IMG/VR virus record: IMGVR_UViG_3300033153_006092 | Span: 1 to 50,021 of that record | DNA from: a virus | Lineage: Duplodnaviria > Caudoviricetes | Direction: 5' to 3' (one strand) | Length of the DNA stretch: 50,021 nucleotides | In this document: positions 48,926 through 50,021 of the stretch, in pieces | How the letters are laid out: every line of letters begins with the position of its first letter | How positions within the stretch are numbered: the first letter of the stretch is position 1 | Position numbers and translations under genes: made by a program | The notes under the pieces: model-generated | Seen by the model: the letters and a program-made list of their open reading frames with translations, nothing else | Told to the model about the DNA's origin: nothing | The model's database searches: none

Positions 48926-50021
48926 GGTCTTGGTTATGGGATCGCAGTGTTAGATTCATCGAGAGATTATATAATTAGCAATAATTATATTGCCAGATGC
49001 AGACACGCGGTAGCCCACGGCGGCAATACTTCTGGTGTGCAGAGAAACGGTATTATCAGTGAGAATAATGTTGTAGGTGGTGCTGTTTCCAATGGCGCTT
49101 TTGATACCCACCACACGGCAGAATTTATTACATATGAAAATAATGTTGTTGATGGGATGGGTCTTGCCGCTCCGTCTGGGAACCATTTAACTTTTATTGG
49201 TAATTTCGTTACGCCGCCGATAGATGAGCCTTGTTTTAGCATCTACACATACGGTCATGATATTGAAATCATTGGCAATTATTTTAATGTAGCATACCGA
49301 GGCGTGAATCTCGGCATATCGGAGGCAAAAAATGTTACCATCCGGGGTAATAAATTTTTTGGGACGGATAAATGTTCAGCTACTACTTATGGAGTCTTTT
49401 TAGGGTATGAATGTTTAGATGTGATAATCGAAGGAAACACTTTCGACGGCATGGATTATGGTATCACGCACTCAAACAATAGTGCAGATGCGGATTCATA
49501 TAACCTCAGTATTGACGCCAATACTTTCAGGAACATCGGGACAACGCCAATTTATGTTAAAGCGGAAGGCGGACAGGACATTTATAATGTTCGGATCACT
49601 AATAACATGATGGAAGTTGCGGCAGGTGAGGCTGGGATTTATGTGTTCGACGACGGGACCCAAAAGGTGGAAGGCCTTTTCATAGACGGGAATTATTCTT
49701 ATGACGGCGGGGTGGGGGTTCGCATCGCTGGAACGAATGTTGATAACTGGCGGGTAGGAGAACATTTCGCTACCGGATGTAGTAGCCATCCAGTCCGTAT
49801 TGGGCCAGATGTAAATACTGGCTCTGCGGGTATTCCGGTGATGGCGACAGCGAGCCTTGACCTTTCAGGAGCGGCGACTGACATTGAGGCGTTTATAGCT
49901 CCTGACAATTGCCAGCTTGTCATGTATGACATTCTATACACTGAGGCAAGTTCCGCAGATGCTGGTGTTGATATTCGTATCGGTCGCTACCAGGATGGCG
50001 TGGCCCTGGATGACGATTATT
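48899..50021 (+). CDS. Tailspike segment 3 (-1 frame; not in the ORF track because it runs off the end; finishes at 274)
   Basis: Stop-free beta-helix repeats GLGYGIAVLDSSRDYIISNNYIARCRHAV...FDTH...IIEGNTF. Confidence 0.8.
49927..50021. repeat. Terminal direct repeat, copy 2
   Basis: Identical to bases 1-95. Confidence 0.95.

Noticed and set aside
45245-50021. Diversity-generating retroelement or invertase switching of the tailspike
   Set aside because: No reverse transcriptase, recombinase or TR/VR pair was seen.

Overview
The window is an apparently complete, circularly assembled genome (~49,926 bp; bases 1-95 are repeated exactly at 49927-50021) of an AT-rich tailed phage, probably a podovirus, with a bacterial host (consensus sigma70 promoters, M15 endolysin). 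Two arms diverge from a ~1 kb non-coding control region (36.6-37.67 kb). The rightward arm (37.67 kb, across the junction, to 20.9 kb) carries terminases, portal, a block of signal-peptide proteins (two small beta proteins, a subtilisin-Ig fusion, a ~1650-codon triple beta-helix tailspike broken by two frameshifts), holin-like genes, scaffold, major capsid, decoration protein, an 8-gene glycan-modification cluster, adaptor, tail hub and three ejection-type proteins. The leftward arm (36.6 to 21.0 kb) carries small early genes, an SNF2-like helicase, a Dam-type methylase, an AEP primase-MCM helicase fusion, endolysin, an Hjc-like resolvase and a dual-specificity phosphatase. The most unusual signal is that the major capsid protein and several other putative virion proteins have N-terminal signal peptides, alongside a protease sharing an anchor domain with its neighbour and a glycosyl/methyl/sulfo-transferase cluster. 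This suggests membrane- or export-linked assembly of a glycan-decorated, protease-armed virion (inference). A repeated bulged hairpin with covariation also occurs in the early region. All calls are from motif recognition by eye; no database searches were run.
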